Below, in pieces: positions 26,139-33,240 of a stretch of 33,240 bases of DNA. The DNA comes from Dehalococcoidia bacterium. Its GTDB lineage: Bacteria > Chloroflexota > Dehalococcoidia > Lucifugimonadales > UBA3495. Position 1 is the first letter of the stretch. Every line of letters starts with the position of its first letter. The notes under the pieces were generated by a model. The model saw nothing but the letters and a program-made list of their open reading frames with translations, did not search any database and had not been told where the DNA came from. The stretch is from positions 1 to 33,240 of the forward strand of contig JAPNTN010000129.1 of the NCBI GenBank assembly GCA_027249445.1, in the 5' to 3' direction. The position numbers and the translations under genes are program-made.

Positions 26139-26214
26139 GCCCCTGTAGCTCAGGGGATAGAGCGGCGGCGTCCTAAGTCGCGCGTCGGGGGTTCGAGTCC
26201 CTCCAGGGGTACCA
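26139..26214 (+). tRNA. tRNA-Arg(CCT)
   Basis: Acceptor GCCCCTG/CAGGGGT, encoded CCA; D-loop AGGGGATA; anticodon arm GCGGC-GTCCTAA-GTCGC; GTTCGAG T-loop. Confidence 0.93.
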
Positions 26215-26224
26215 TTAAAAATGT

Positions 26225-26302
26225 AGGAGCGTAGCTCAGTTTGGCCAGAGCGCTGGTCTCCAAAACCAGTGGTCGGGGGTTCGAATCCTCCCGCTCCTGC
26301 CA
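26225..26302 (+). tRNA. tRNA-Trp(CCA)
   Basis: Acceptor AGGAGCG/CGCTCCT, discriminator G, encoded CCA; anticodon arm CTGGT-CTCCAAA-ACCAG; GTTCGAAT. Confidence 0.96.
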
Positions 26303-26319
26303 CGTTTTTAAGCACAAAA
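26299..26319 (+). repeat. Direct repeat copy 1 (tRNA-Trp 3' end plus trailer)
   Basis: GCCACGTTTTTAAGCACAAAA; 18/21 identical to 28049-28069. Confidence 0.6.
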
Positions 26320-26348
26320 TACCCCCGTTTTAGTGACGGGGGATTTTT
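26316..26348 (+). terminator. Intrinsic terminator of the tRNA cluster
   Basis: CCCCCGT-TTTAGTG-ACGGGGG hairpin followed by ATTTTT. Confidence 0.75.
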
Positions 26349-26361
26349 GAATTTAGGGGTT

Positions 26362-26390
26362 TTGACATACTAACGTCTACTGCTTATAGT
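26362..26390 (+). promoter_or_regulatory. Near-consensus sigma70 promoter of the amidase gene
   Basis: TTGACA (26362-26367), 17-nt spacer, TATAGT (26385-26390); SD AGGAG at 26471-26475. Confidence 0.65.
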
Positions 26391-26484
26391 TTGGCCATTC
26401 TCAAGCGAACTTGTTCGGCAGAAATGGAATCTCGGCTCAAATCCCGCCAATCTTGATAGTCTGAAATTATAGGAGAGTAACCTC

Positions 26485-28044
26485 ATGTACGCTTTACCTG
26501 ACGTTGATGAAGTGGTGGCAGTAGCCAAGGAACTGGGGATCCACATAAATCCTGATGAGGCAGTCAAGTACCAGAAGTACCTTATAGAGCAGATAAAACA
26601 GTTGGACGACTTCGTGCAGTCTCGGTTGGAGGAGCCCAAGCCGCCGATGCTCTCAGCCGCCCGGAAACCCGGGTATCGGCCGACTCCAGAGGAAGACCCG
26701 CTCAACGCCTGGATGTGGAAGTGCCGGATCGAAGGCCATGGGGAAGGCCTGCTCGCTGGCAAGACTGTCAGTTACAAGGACCACATTGCTGTGGCGGGCA
26801 TACCCATGAGCTTTGGCTCTTTCGCCCTCGAAGGCTTCATCCCCGAGTTCGACGCCACTGTGGTCACTCGGGTGCTCAAGGAGGGGGGCACCATTATCGG
26901 CAAGAATGTTATGAACGGACTGAGTGGCGGCTTCGGTACTGGTGGTGGCATCGGTGATTACGGCCGGCCCCTCAATCCCCACAACCACGATCACGTAACC
27001 GGAGGCTCGTCCTCAGGCTCCGCCGCTGCTGTGGCCGCCGGTGAGGTGGATATCTCCTTTGGCGGCGACCAGGCCGGCTCCATTCGTATCCCGGCGGCTT
27101 ACTCCGGTACTGTCGGACACAAGCCTACATTCGGCTTGGTGTCTCACTTCGGGATCAGCTTCGGCTCAGACCAGAGTATCGACTACACTGGTCCGTTGAC
27201 TCGCACTGTGGAGGATGCGGCGGCTACACTCCAGGCTACTGCGGGTTACGACCCTTACGATCCGCGTCAAACGCGAGACATTCCCATCGGCATTGATACG
27301 CTTAGCCATTTGGCTGACGGTGTGTCCGGCCTTCGTATCGGTGTGCTAGAAGAAGGATTCGACGATGCCGAGGTCGAGGTCCGTGACCTGGTGATGGCGG
27401 CAGTGGATGTACTCGCTGAGGCAGGGGCTGACGTTTCCCGAGTGTCCGTTCCAGAGCACCACACGGTCAGAGCGGCCTACGCCGCGCTGACGGGAGAAGG
27501 GGCGCTTGCCGTTCTGAAAACTGGGTTCTTCGGGGCTTTCACTAGGACATACTACCCAGATTCTGTTATCAGCGCAGTTAACAAACTGTGGGATAATCAG
27601 GCCGATGTCCTAGCGCCTCGTAGCAAGCTGTCGCTCATAGCCGGCGAATTGGCCCGTCGTAATTACCATGGCCGTGCGTACGCCAAGGCTCAAAATGTGC
27701 GCCCCACATTTATCAAAGCCTACGACGCAGTATTATCTGACGTTGACGTGCTGGTTATGCCTACTTGTATTACGACGGCGCCTAAGAACCATACTCCAGG
27801 TACCTATCTCGAGGCTCTGGAGGCGAATCTTGCGGCAATCCACTCCACCGGCTCTCGAAACACAATGCCATTCAATTACACTGGCCACCCAGCGCTCGCT
27901 CTTCCTGTGGGCAAGTCGTCCGATGGTCTCCCAGTAAGCATGCAACTCGTTGGGCGTTTCCTAGACGACCCGCTCCTTATGAGGACCGCTTACACATACC
28001 AACAAGCGATCGACTGGGACAAGATCATTGGTGTAGCTTCTTGA
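26485..28044 (+). CDS. Amidase signature family amidase
   Basis: Catalytic Lys in SYKDH, GGSSSGS, GGDQAGSIRIPA, GHKPTFG, NTMPFNYTGHPAL; N-terminal DPLNAW as in Rhodococcus-type amidases; GC clearly higher than its neighbours. Confidence 0.93.
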   Translation: MYALPDVDEVVAVAKELGIHINPDEAVKYQKYLIEQIKQLDDFVQSRLEEPKPPMLSAARKPGYRPTPEEDPLNAWMWKCRIEGHGEGLLAGKTVSYKDHIAVAGIPMSFGSFALEGFIPEFDATVVTRVLKEGGTIIGKNVMNGLSGGFGTGGGIGDYGRPLNPHNHDHVTGGSSSGSAAAVAAGEVDISFGGDQAGSIRIPAAYSGTVGHKPTFGLVSHFGISFGSDQSIDYTGPLTRTVEDAAATLQATAGYDPYDPRQTRDIPIGIDTLSHLADGVSGLRIGVLEEGFDDAEVEVRDLVMAAVDVLAEAGADVSRVSVPEHHTVRAAYAALTGEGALAVLKTGFFGAFTRTYYPDSVISAVNKLWDNQADVLAPRSKLSLIAGELARRNYHGRAYAKAQNVRPTFIKAYDAVLSDVDVLVMPTCITTAPKNHTPGTYLEALEANLAAIHSTGSRNTMPFNYTGHPALALPVGKSSDGLPVSMQLVGRFLDDPLLMRTAYTYQQAIDWDKIIGVAS

Positions 28045-28048
28045 TCTG

Positions 28049-28069
28049 GCTACATTTTTAAGCATAAAA
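28049..28069 (+). repeat. Direct repeat copy 2
   Basis: GCTACATTTTTAAGCATAAAA; differs from 26299-26319 by three transitions. Confidence 0.6.
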
Positions 28070-28093
28070 CCGGTCCTAGATGGACCGGTTTTT
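28066..28093. terminator. Intrinsic terminator, possibly bidirectional
   Basis: AAAACCGGTCC-TAGAT-GGACCGGTTTTT between the convergent amidase and MFS genes. Confidence 0.82.
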
Positions 28094-28209
28094 GTTTTGA
28101 GTTAGTTTTATCTGCTACAAAACTCTTTTCATATTTTTTCACGCTCAAAAAAGAAAAGACTCGACACTTATTTGAGACGGAGGGATTTTTGCATATGAAA
28201 CTTATAACA

Positions 28210-29523
28210 CTATTTCTGAGGTTTTGGTTCAACTATGCGTACGGCCCATATAGTTCCAATTGACAGTAGTAACAGTATAGCTGCTATCCAGTAGGCTAGT
28301 TCATAGTTTCCGTTTATGTCGAATAGCAATCCTGTTAACACTCCTCCCACTGCTGTTCCGAGGTTGCGTCCTGCTTGTACAGCACCCATAACAGACCCCA
28401 AGATATTGGACGGATAAACGTCTGCAGCTTTGGCGCCAATAAGTAATCCGCTTACACCATCACTTAAACCGGTCAGAGCTACGAATATTATTAACGCCCA
28501 CATGTTAGCTCCTCCAGTAAACAGCAAGACTACCACTATCGCGGCAAACGTCATGCCTATCCCTATAGAGAAAACAACCTCTCTCCCGATCTTATCTGAC
28601 AGTATCCCAAATGCTGGTCTTGCCCCTATTCCAAATAAGCCTGCAGCGCCAATGGCGGCAGCAGACTGCATTTCTCCATAGCCAGCCAGAACGAAGAACG
28701 CGATTATATGCAAGTTTGTCATTTGATTGGAAACAGCTGCCGTTCCTCGTGCTAATAACAACATCCAAACTGCTGGTTCCTTTAACGCGTTAAACTTGTA
28801 GGCATCGTTCGCTATGTCTTTTGATTGAACGGTTGTATCTACAGGCGATTGAGAGGTTTCAGCCTGGATAGGGATTGGGGACACGTTTTCAGGGTCAGGT
28901 AATTTCGCAACTGCATCGGGAGGTCGCTTTTGGAGTAGAAAGTTCAACGGTGCGGCCATTAGGAAAAATAAAATACCAAAAACTCTAAATCCCGCTCTCC
29001 AACCATAGTTATTTATGATGAATTGCAGCAACGGGGGTGTTATAGCTTGGCCTGCGGAAGTCCCAGAATCAGCAATTCCGAGAATAACTCCTTTCGATTT
29101 GGGGAACCATGGAGCTAATATGGCGATCGTTGAGAATGAGCCGATAGAAGTGTGACCCACTGCAGATATCAGGCTATAAAATATAAATAGCTGCCACAGA
29201 TGGTTGACCATACTGCTGGCCCACCATCCGAACAGAATAACTATACCGGCTAAGAGAAACATGTATTTGGGACCGATAATATCGAGGATTTTCCCAAGTA
29301 TAGGAGCAGCCAATCCACCGAAAACTCCGGCAGCGGAGAATATAGCAGCTGTTATGGCCGCGCTTCCGCCGAAGCCTTGCCTCAGAGCTGGGAGGAATAC
29401 AGGTTGGCTTCTTGTGACGCCACCCTCTACAATTAAATTCCCGAAAGACAGCCCTAAAATTACCCAACCATAATTTCTATTAGGCTTTGTGATTTCCGGT
29501 TTTGTGCTTTCCGGTTGATCCAT
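28210..29523 (-). CDS. MFS transporter (MCT/OFA-like)
   Basis: YGWVI, about 12 TM segments, G-x-x-x-D-x-x-G motifs (GKILDIIGPK, GILSDKIGRE), WFPKSKG. Confidence 0.9.
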   Translation of the reverse strand: MDQPESTKPEITKPNRNYGWVILGLSFGNLIVEGGVTRSQPVFLPALRQGFGGSAAITAAIFSAAGVFGGLAAPILGKILDIIGPKYMFLLAGIVILFGWWASSMVNHLWQLFIFYSLISAVGHTSIGSFSTIAILAPWFPKSKGVILGIADSGTSAGQAITPPLLQFIINNYGWRAGFRVFGILFFLMAAPLNFLLQKRPPDAVAKLPDPENVSPIPIQAETSQSPVDTTVQSKDIANDAYKFNALKEPAVWMLLLARGTAAVSNQMTNLHIIAFFVLAGYGEMQSAAAIGAAGLFGIGARPAFGILSDKIGREVVFSIGIGMTFAAIVVVLLFTGGANMWALIIFVALTGLSDGVSGLLIGAKAADVYPSNILGSVMGAVQAGRNLGTAVGGVLTGLLFDINGNYELAYWIAAILLLLSIGTIWAVRIVEPKPQK

Positions 29524-29712
29524 AGATTATTTGAAAGACCTTTCTTGATACTTTAGTTTAACCGTCACAGGCATGTATCTTCAAATCATAAGTCGTAAGA
29601 CGACCAACGACATACTCGGATCTATGCTTGTCGGATGAATCAGTTGTCGTGAGTTTTACCTGGCAGTAATATATCGCTATCAATAAAAGTTTGTTGTGGA
29701 GGAAGGAGTAAA

Positions 29713-30150
29713 ATGAGTGAATACGTGCCGAGTTCGAGAGATTGGGTAAGACAACAGGTAGAATTATATGAATCGACCGGTGGTAAAGAAGGTACTACAC
29801 TCAGGGATACTGGTCTACCAGTAATTATAGTGACTAATACTGGTAATAAAACAGGGTTTGTAAGAAAAACTCCTCTTATGAGAGCAGTAGACGGCTCTAA
29901 TTATATTTTAGTAGCATCTCAAGGTGGAGCGCCTAAACATCCTGTTTGGTATTTTAACTTAAAGGCAAACAGGTCAGTAAAAATTCAGGACGGCTCGAAT
30001 ATTTATGATATGGAAGTGAAAGAGATAACTGATCCTGATGAGAAAATGCGGCTTTGGGACATAGCCGTAGAGGCATATCCTCCTTATAGTGAATATCAAT
30101 CAAGAACCACTAGAGTAATACCAGTTTTCTTGGCAGAGCCGGTTGGCTGA
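29713..30150 (+). CDS. Deazaflavin (F420H2)-dependent nitroreductase / quinone reductase (DDN family)
   Basis: G-x-KTG-x-x-RKTPLM, VASQGGAPKHP-x-WY-x-NL-x-AN, Y-x-x-YQ-x-RT-x-R-x-IPVF; SD GGAGG/AGGAG. Confidence 0.92.
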   Translation: MSEYVPSSRDWVRQQVELYESTGGKEGTTLRDTGLPVIIVTNTGNKTGFVRKTPLMRAVDGSNYILVASQGGAPKHPVWYFNLKANRSVKIQDGSNIYDMEVKEITDPDEKMRLWDIAVEAYPPYSEYQSRTTRVIPVFLAEPVG

Positions 30151-30175
30151 TTTTTTGTATTTTAGGAAACTATCA

Positions 30176-31357
30176 CTAAGATGTATCGGAACTCTTGGCC
30201 GGATTGAACGCTGGCATGACATCTGATGCAAACCATTCAAGCTGGTCAAGTATGAGTTTGTGAGGAGTTCCGATGGGATGTGATACTGATATTCTTTCCA
30301 ATCCGGGGTATCTGTTTTCGAGTTCTTTTAGAGTATCAATTATCATTTCTGGTGTTCCACATAGGAATCCGCCTGCGGCAACAGATTGTTCTATTGTTGG
30401 GAGACCAGCAGTGGGCGCAAGAGACGGATTAGACATAGCAGCAATCTTTTCATCTGATAAACTTCTTACAAGTCGCAATGGTGCAAACATCTTGAGGTTT
30501 TCCTCGAAATATTTTGAAGCCTGAGAGATCGCTTTTTCCTTGCTTGAAGCCATGAACATTTGGTAACTGATGCTCAAATTTTCACCAAGAATAGTATCGT
30601 TTCCACATTTGGACTGTGCTTGCTTAAAGGATTCAACGGCCGTGTCCATGGCACTACCGTAGCCTAGCCCGCCTGACATGAGCCCCTTGATGCCATTCCT
30701 AGCCATGAAATCCAAACCTCTTGTATTTCCACTTGAAATAGGTTGCCAACATTCCACTGGTAAATGTTTAGGTCTAGGAACAAGGGTGATCTCTTTAAGA
30801 TTGTATCCCCTATATGGGATATTTGGAGGAATAGTATAGTTTGGGCCTATGTGAGAAAAGGATCTCTTATTAAAAGCTTTTAAAATTATCTCTACTTGCT
30901 CTTCAAACAGATCCCGATTGGCTGGTTGGTCTAATAATGGTGCCCCAAAAGTTTCCACTTCTCTCGTATGATACCCCCGTCCCACACCGAATATAATTCT
31001 ACCTTTAGTGAGTATATCTGCAGTAGCGTAATCCTCGGCTAATCTAAGCGGATGCCACATCGGCGTTATATTGAAACCGCAGCCAAACTTAAGATTCTTG
31101 GTCAAATGGGCAAGATGAAGACTCAACATCAACACGTTTGGTATACATTCATATCCTTCTGTTTGAAAATGATGCTCGGCCATCCAAAATGTATCATAGC
31201 CAGATTTATCTAAAATTCGGGCTATAGCGAGAGCGTTGTCAAAAACACTTGAAAGGTGATCATCTGAAAAACTTCGGTCATTGACAGCAGTACCTGAGTA
31301 ACCGACATTGTCCATGTCGACATGTCCTGCATATGAACTATCAAACTTAGTGATCAT
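30176..31357 (-). CDS. LLM-class flavin-dependent oxidoreductase/monooxygenase
   Basis: WMAEHHFQ, WHPLRLAEDYATADIL-x-x-GR-x-x-FGVGRGY, LVPRP, GTPE. Confidence 0.9.
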   Translation of the reverse strand: MITKFDSSYAGHVDMDNVGYSGTAVNDRSFSDDHLSSVFDNALAIARILDKSGYDTFWMAEHHFQTEGYECIPNVLMLSLHLAHLTKNLKFGCGFNITPMWHPLRLAEDYATADILTKGRIIFGVGRGYHTREVETFGAPLLDQPANRDLFEEQVEIILKAFNKRSFSHIGPNYTIPPNIPYRGYNLKEITLVPRPKHLPVECWQPISSGNTRGLDFMARNGIKGLMSGGLGYGSAMDTAVESFKQAQSKCGNDTILGENLSISYQMFMASSKEKAISQASKYFEENLKMFAPLRLVRSLSDEKIAAMSNPSLAPTAGLPTIEQSVAAGGFLCGTPEMIIDTLKELENRYPGLERISVSHPIGTPHKLILDQLEWFASDVMPAFNPAKSSDTS

Positions 31358-31608
31358 GATTAGCCTTGATTAGTGTATTCATCTGGCATTGTATATAGCT
31401 TTTAAGACACTGTAAAACCATGATCTAAATTATTTTGAGTGTGGCTACATCCGATTGTATTAGCTCTATAACCGCTATTTCACTACTTATTTACACTAAT
31501 TATCAGTTTTGAGGCTATATGCTGGGGTGGGACTTGAACGCTATACTAGTCTTAATACAAACTACTGTGGTAAATGCTATCAATCCAATTCGGATCCGGA
31601 GGAATAAA

Positions 31609-32685
31609 TTGACTTCACCGTTCAACACTAATGAAGAAATAGTACAGGCAGCTCGTCGAAATCTGGCACAAGGGCCTTGGGATTATCTGTCCGGAGGTAC
31701 TGAATCTGAGACTACTATGCGAAGAAACAGGCTAGCTTTTGATCGAATCGCTTTTCGACCGAGAGTTCTGGTCGATGTCTCTACAATAGACAGGTCTTCT
31801 ACGCTTCTTGGTCATAATCTAAGGATCCCAGTATTGCTGGCTCCGATCGGAGGACTGCAAAACTTCGATTCTAGAGCTGGTGTAGCTGTCTCCCAAGCTG
31901 CTGACGAGTTTGGAACACTGCATGTAGTGAGTTCCGCTACTCTGCCTACCTTGGAGGAAACAGCTGCGTCGACTGATCGGTCGAAGATATACCAACTGTA
32001 TATCCGAGGTGATTGGGACTGGGTCAAAGCTATGATTGATAGAGTTAAACAATCGGGATACGAAGGACTGTGTATCACCGTAGATTCGGCCGTATATAGC
32101 CGGCGTGAGAGACCTTTGATCAGTCGATGGAATGTCGACGCCACTCGAGAGCCTCAAGATCGCAAATGGAGTGCTAATGTCACGTGGGAAACGATTGACC
32201 GGATCAAGGAATACTTCGGTGGGCCCTTTATGCTGAAAGGTATTACGACTGCTGAAGACGCTGCTATCGCTGTGGAACATGATGTTGATGTTATTTGGGT
32301 GTCGAATCACGGCGGTCGTCAACTAGATCATGGTTTAGGAACCATGGATATACTCCCAGAGGTAATGGCTGCGGTAGGTGATAAAGCCGAAGTAGTAATC
32401 GATGGTGGTGTTCTTCGAGGGACTGATGTTATCAAGGCTATAGCCCTTGGGGCCAAAGCCGTTGCCATTGGTAAGTTGCAAGGTTGGGGTTTGGCAGCTG
32501 GCGGAAAGGATGGGGTTGTTCGAGTATTGGAAATTCTAGAGGAAGAGATTAGGGTGAGCATGGGCTTGCTCGGAGTTAGTTCACTGGACCAGCTTAACAA
32601 GGCCTTAATATGTGCTGGCGAGTTGACCACTATGCCTCATGAGATGAGTGCATGGGTAAACATGCCTGGAGAGCGCTTACTCTAA
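31609..32685 (+). CDS. FMN-dependent alpha-hydroxy acid oxidase/dehydrogenase
   Basis: WDYLSGG, RPRVL-x-DV, LAPIG, YQLY, TVD, LKGI, VSNHGGRQLD, DGG-x-x-RGTD-x-x-KA-x-ALGA; TTG start at 31609 after GGAGG (ORF track starts at 31519). Confidence 0.92.
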   Translation: MTSPFNTNEEIVQAARRNLAQGPWDYLSGGTESETTMRRNRLAFDRIAFRPRVLVDVSTIDRSSTLLGHNLRIPVLLAPIGGLQNFDSRAGVAVSQAADEFGTLHVVSSATLPTLEETAASTDRSKIYQLYIRGDWDWVKAMIDRVKQSGYEGLCITVDSAVYSRRERPLISRWNVDATREPQDRKWSANVTWETIDRIKEYFGGPFMLKGITTAEDAAIAVEHDVDVIWVSNHGGRQLDHGLGTMDILPEVMAAVGDKAEVVIDGGVLRGTDVIKAIALGAKAVAIGKLQGWGLAAGGKDGVVRVLEILEEEIRVSMGLLGVSSLDQLNKALICAGELTTMPHEMSAWVNMPGERLL

Positions 32686-32735
32686 GTCAAATCAAGATGG
32701 AATATCTAAAATATTAGTGTACGGGTGGTGGAATA

Positions 32736-33146
32736 ATGTTTAAGTTATTAATCGGCACGGAAATCAGTTCATTACGATCAGCTCTTATATTGTCTCACGT
32801 AGGTGGGTTGCTGCTGATATTCATGGGTGGGATAGTGTGGAATCTCAAAGTGAATGATGCTGTATTCGCTTCGTCCACTCCGGATTTTATTCCTTATATG
32901 CTCATAGCTGTGGGAGTACTTAGGATATTATTTACCATTGCCGCGGGAAGAGGATACAAGCTAGCTTTTTACGTAGTAATACTATTAAGTGTACTAAAAT
33001 TAATTGAGTTGATACCTGCCAGTATGGGTAGTGATTTTAGTCATATATCTGACTACTTGTATATACCGATTACGGGTGTGGTGGAAATAGCGCTATTATG
33101 GTTTGTTTCTAGAAAGAGCACCTGGAATGAGTTAAAAGAATCTTAG
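32736..33146 (+). CDS. Hypothetical membrane protein (about 4 TM segments)
   Basis: ORF with four hydrophobic segments, GGTGG upstream; no family recognised. Confidence 0.6.
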   Translation: MFKLLIGTEISSLRSALILSHVGGLLLIFMGGIVWNLKVNDAVFASSTPDFIPYMLIAVGVLRILFTIAAGRGYKLAFYVVILLSVLKLIELIPASMGSDFSHISDYLYIPITGVVEIALLWFVSRKSTWNELKES

Positions 33147-33240
33147 TAATGAACTAAAACTCATATCTATTATTTAGATTCCTGTTTTGTTAGGCTGTTC
33201 GGGCTTTTATCTCCCTCCATGCACGGATATAATAGCTTGG

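Noticed and set aside
26124-26315. 63-aa minus-strand ORF (MLKNVAGAGGFEPPT...)
   Set aside because: Antisense translation of the tRNA-Arg and tRNA-Trp genes, a common spurious ORF.
26370-27945. Many alternative-frame ORFs overlapping the amidase
   Set aside because: Expected from the higher GC (fewer stop codons); none has motif support.
26485-28044. Calling the amidase gatA because it follows tRNA genes
   Set aside because: No gatC or gatB neighbours, and it lacks the GatA N-x-DEFAMGSS motif.
28050-28232. 60-aa minus-strand ORF downstream of the MFS gene
   Set aside because: AT-rich, runs through the terminator hairpin and has no coding motif.
31812-32630. Several minus-strand ORFs of 100-167 aa
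   Set aside because: Antisense shadows of the well-supported alpha-hydroxy acid oxidase.
1-33240. CRISPR arrays, IS elements, integrases, prophage genes, rRNA, selenocysteine or frameshift recoding
   Set aside because: No regularly spaced repeats, transposase or integrase motifs, rRNA-like stretches or split genes were found by eye; faint remnants cannot be excluded without searches.

Overview
A 33.2 kb gene-dense bacterial chromosome segment of moderate to low GC. The gene content suggests Chloroflexota, plausibly SAR202/Dehalococcoidia: two luciferase-like (LLM) flavin/F420 oxidoreductases, an F420H2-dependent DDN-family reductase, a CxxC-x17-CxxC zinc-ribbon protein and a caa3-type oxidase. 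This taxonomy is inference, not proof. Main blocks: glycine cleavage operon gcvT-gcvH-gcvPA-gcvPB followed by a DUF2182 membrane protein; a divergent B12-binding/radical-SAM-fold protein whose CxxxCxxC motif is replaced by WxxxTxxS; a zinc-ribbon gene with a long, possibly structured leader; a run of catabolic enzymes (FAD oxidoreductase, LLM, alpha/beta hydrolase, MmgE/PrpD, SDR), three of them with non-canonical catalytic motifs; two lipoproteins and an ABC-2 exporter next to ctaA-ctaB-ctaCDEF, where both subunit II and subunit IV carry a cytochrome c domain; a DUF952 plus atypical kinase-fold gene pair; a tRNA-Ala(CGC)/Arg(CCT)/Trp(CCA) cluster; and directly after tRNA-Trp a high-GC amidase gene flanked by a degenerate 21-bp direct repeat, which looks like a relic islet. 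No CRISPR array, rRNA, integrase or transposase was seen.
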